Source: Leucoraja erinacea
Taxonomy: Eukaryota
NCBI RefSeq assembly: GCF_028641065.1
Contig: NC_073385.1
Coordinates: 60,326,001-60,390,000, forward strand
DNA: 64,000 bases
Direction: 5' to 3'
The notes under the pieces were generated by a model. That model saw only the letters and a program-made list of their open reading frames with translations, was not told where the DNA came from and ran no database searches. Below are positions 62,870-64,000 of the stretch, piece by piece (the stretch's first letter is position 1; each line of letters starts with the position of its first letter). Made by a program: the position numbers and the translations under genes.

Positions 62870-63940
62870 TCTATATATTTTTAAAACTCTATGTGTGTGT
62901 TTGTGTGTGTGGGTGTAAGGCATTTTACCTTTTAAATGTATCTCCGCGAAAACCAGACGCAAAAACACGGAGATCTTTACAATTTCGGTAGGGATTTATC
63001 TTATGTGTTCAGAAATCCACTCCTTGGTCAATTATATCACCAGATTTTGAATAAAATTGTTCACAAAACTCACTTCAAAAAAAATAAAATTGTCACTTGA
63101 GCCGCTGACGTCTCAATGCCCACACGCCCACCAATCGAGGCCCAACTGCATCCTGGCCCCGCTGCCTGCGCCCAACCCAAATACGCTCGCGCCACACCAC
63201 GCGCAGCTGGACTCCCACGCCCGCCCGCCCGCTCCATCCTCTAGCAGCTATAGGATCTATGGAAAAAACGAGCGTTCTGCAGATCGGGAGGTCACAGCAG
63301 GTTACAGCCAGTCACCGGCTTGCTTCTGAAACCTCTCCGTCTCCCCCGCCCGATGGTAGAACATGGCGGCCGTTATCGTCGCATGGGGCACGCGATGGGA
63401 ATGTGGCCCTGGCGGCCATTACTCCGTCTGGGAGCGAGTCAAGTCACGTCACTCCCTCCCTCCCGCTGCAAACCCAACGTGCTGCCAGTCGTGCCTCTCG
63501 CAAGTCCTTTGATTAAAAACCTTNNNNNNNNNNNNNNNNNNNNNNNNNNNNNNNNNNNNNNNNNNNNNNNNNNNNNNNNNNNNNNNNNNNNNNNNNNNNN
63601 NNNNNNNNNNNNNNNNNNNNNNNNNNNNNNNNNNNNNNNNNNNNNNNNNNNNNNNNNNNNNNNNNNNNNNNNNNNNNNNNNNNNNNNNNNNNNNNNNNNN
63701 NNNNNNTCCCTGTTCCCCCCATCCCTGCCCCCCTCCCTGTCCCCCCCCCCCGCCCCTCCTCCCTCTCCCCCCCTCCTTCCTCTCCGCCCCCTAATAAGGG
63801 GGGTAGTTAGCATGTGTGCGGGGGGGTAGTTAATGTGTGTGTGGGGGTGGTTAATGTGTGTAACGCCGCATGCCGCCCCCCCCCCCCCCCTTCAACCGCA
63901 CGTTGGGGGAACAGCCCCAACGGGTCTGCACATGGTCTAG
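62870..63940 (+). mobile_element. Non-autonomous Helitron (rolling-circle transposon)
   Basis: A|TC 5' end. 3' hairpin cgttgggg-gaacag-ccccaacg (63901-63922) ends 14 nt before CTAG|T. No TSD. Contains an N gap. Confidence 0.85.
63524..63706. other. Assembly gap (N run)
   Basis: 183 Ns. Confidence 1.
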
Positions 63941-63943
63941 TAA

Positions 63944-64000
63944 CCTATACAACTCTGATCTTGGATGTGTGTGTGTGGCTGTGCGTGTGTGTGTTTTTTC
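63944..64000 (+). mobile_element. Head of the next Helitron-like unit (runs off the window)
   Basis: cctatacaactctgatcttg plus (TG)n, matching the heads at 27076 (-) and 62870. Confidence 0.6.

Overview
Eukaryotic, repeat-dense vertebrate DNA. The SINE/LINE repertoire suggests a cartilaginous fish such as a skate or ray (inference). The only host coding sequence I can support is one 61-nt internal exon (9964-10024, + strand) of an RMDN-family gene (RMDN2/RMDN3-like), so most of the window is probably one very large intron. The rest is nested transposable elements. Retroelements: a near full-length CR1 LINE (intact zinc-finger/esterase ORF1, tandem 5' monomers), many CR1, Rex1/Babar, RTE, Tx1, L2 and Penelope fragments, two decayed Gypsy elements (Mag-like and CsRn1-like), and tRNA-derived SINEs. 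DNA elements: Tc1 IR/DR pieces, Harbinger-type MITEs, a long-TIR element with a 9-bp TSD (MULE/foldback-like), a CAGGG-ended element with a 5-bp TSD, a TAG-ended element with a 7-bp TSD, and a head-to-tail cluster of non-autonomous Helitrons. There are two assembly gaps. I see no CRISPR array, rRNA, bona fide tRNA gene or prokaryote-type system, and nothing here is demonstrably a new biological system. The best leads are unusual TE architectures. All family names come from motif recall, not database searches.
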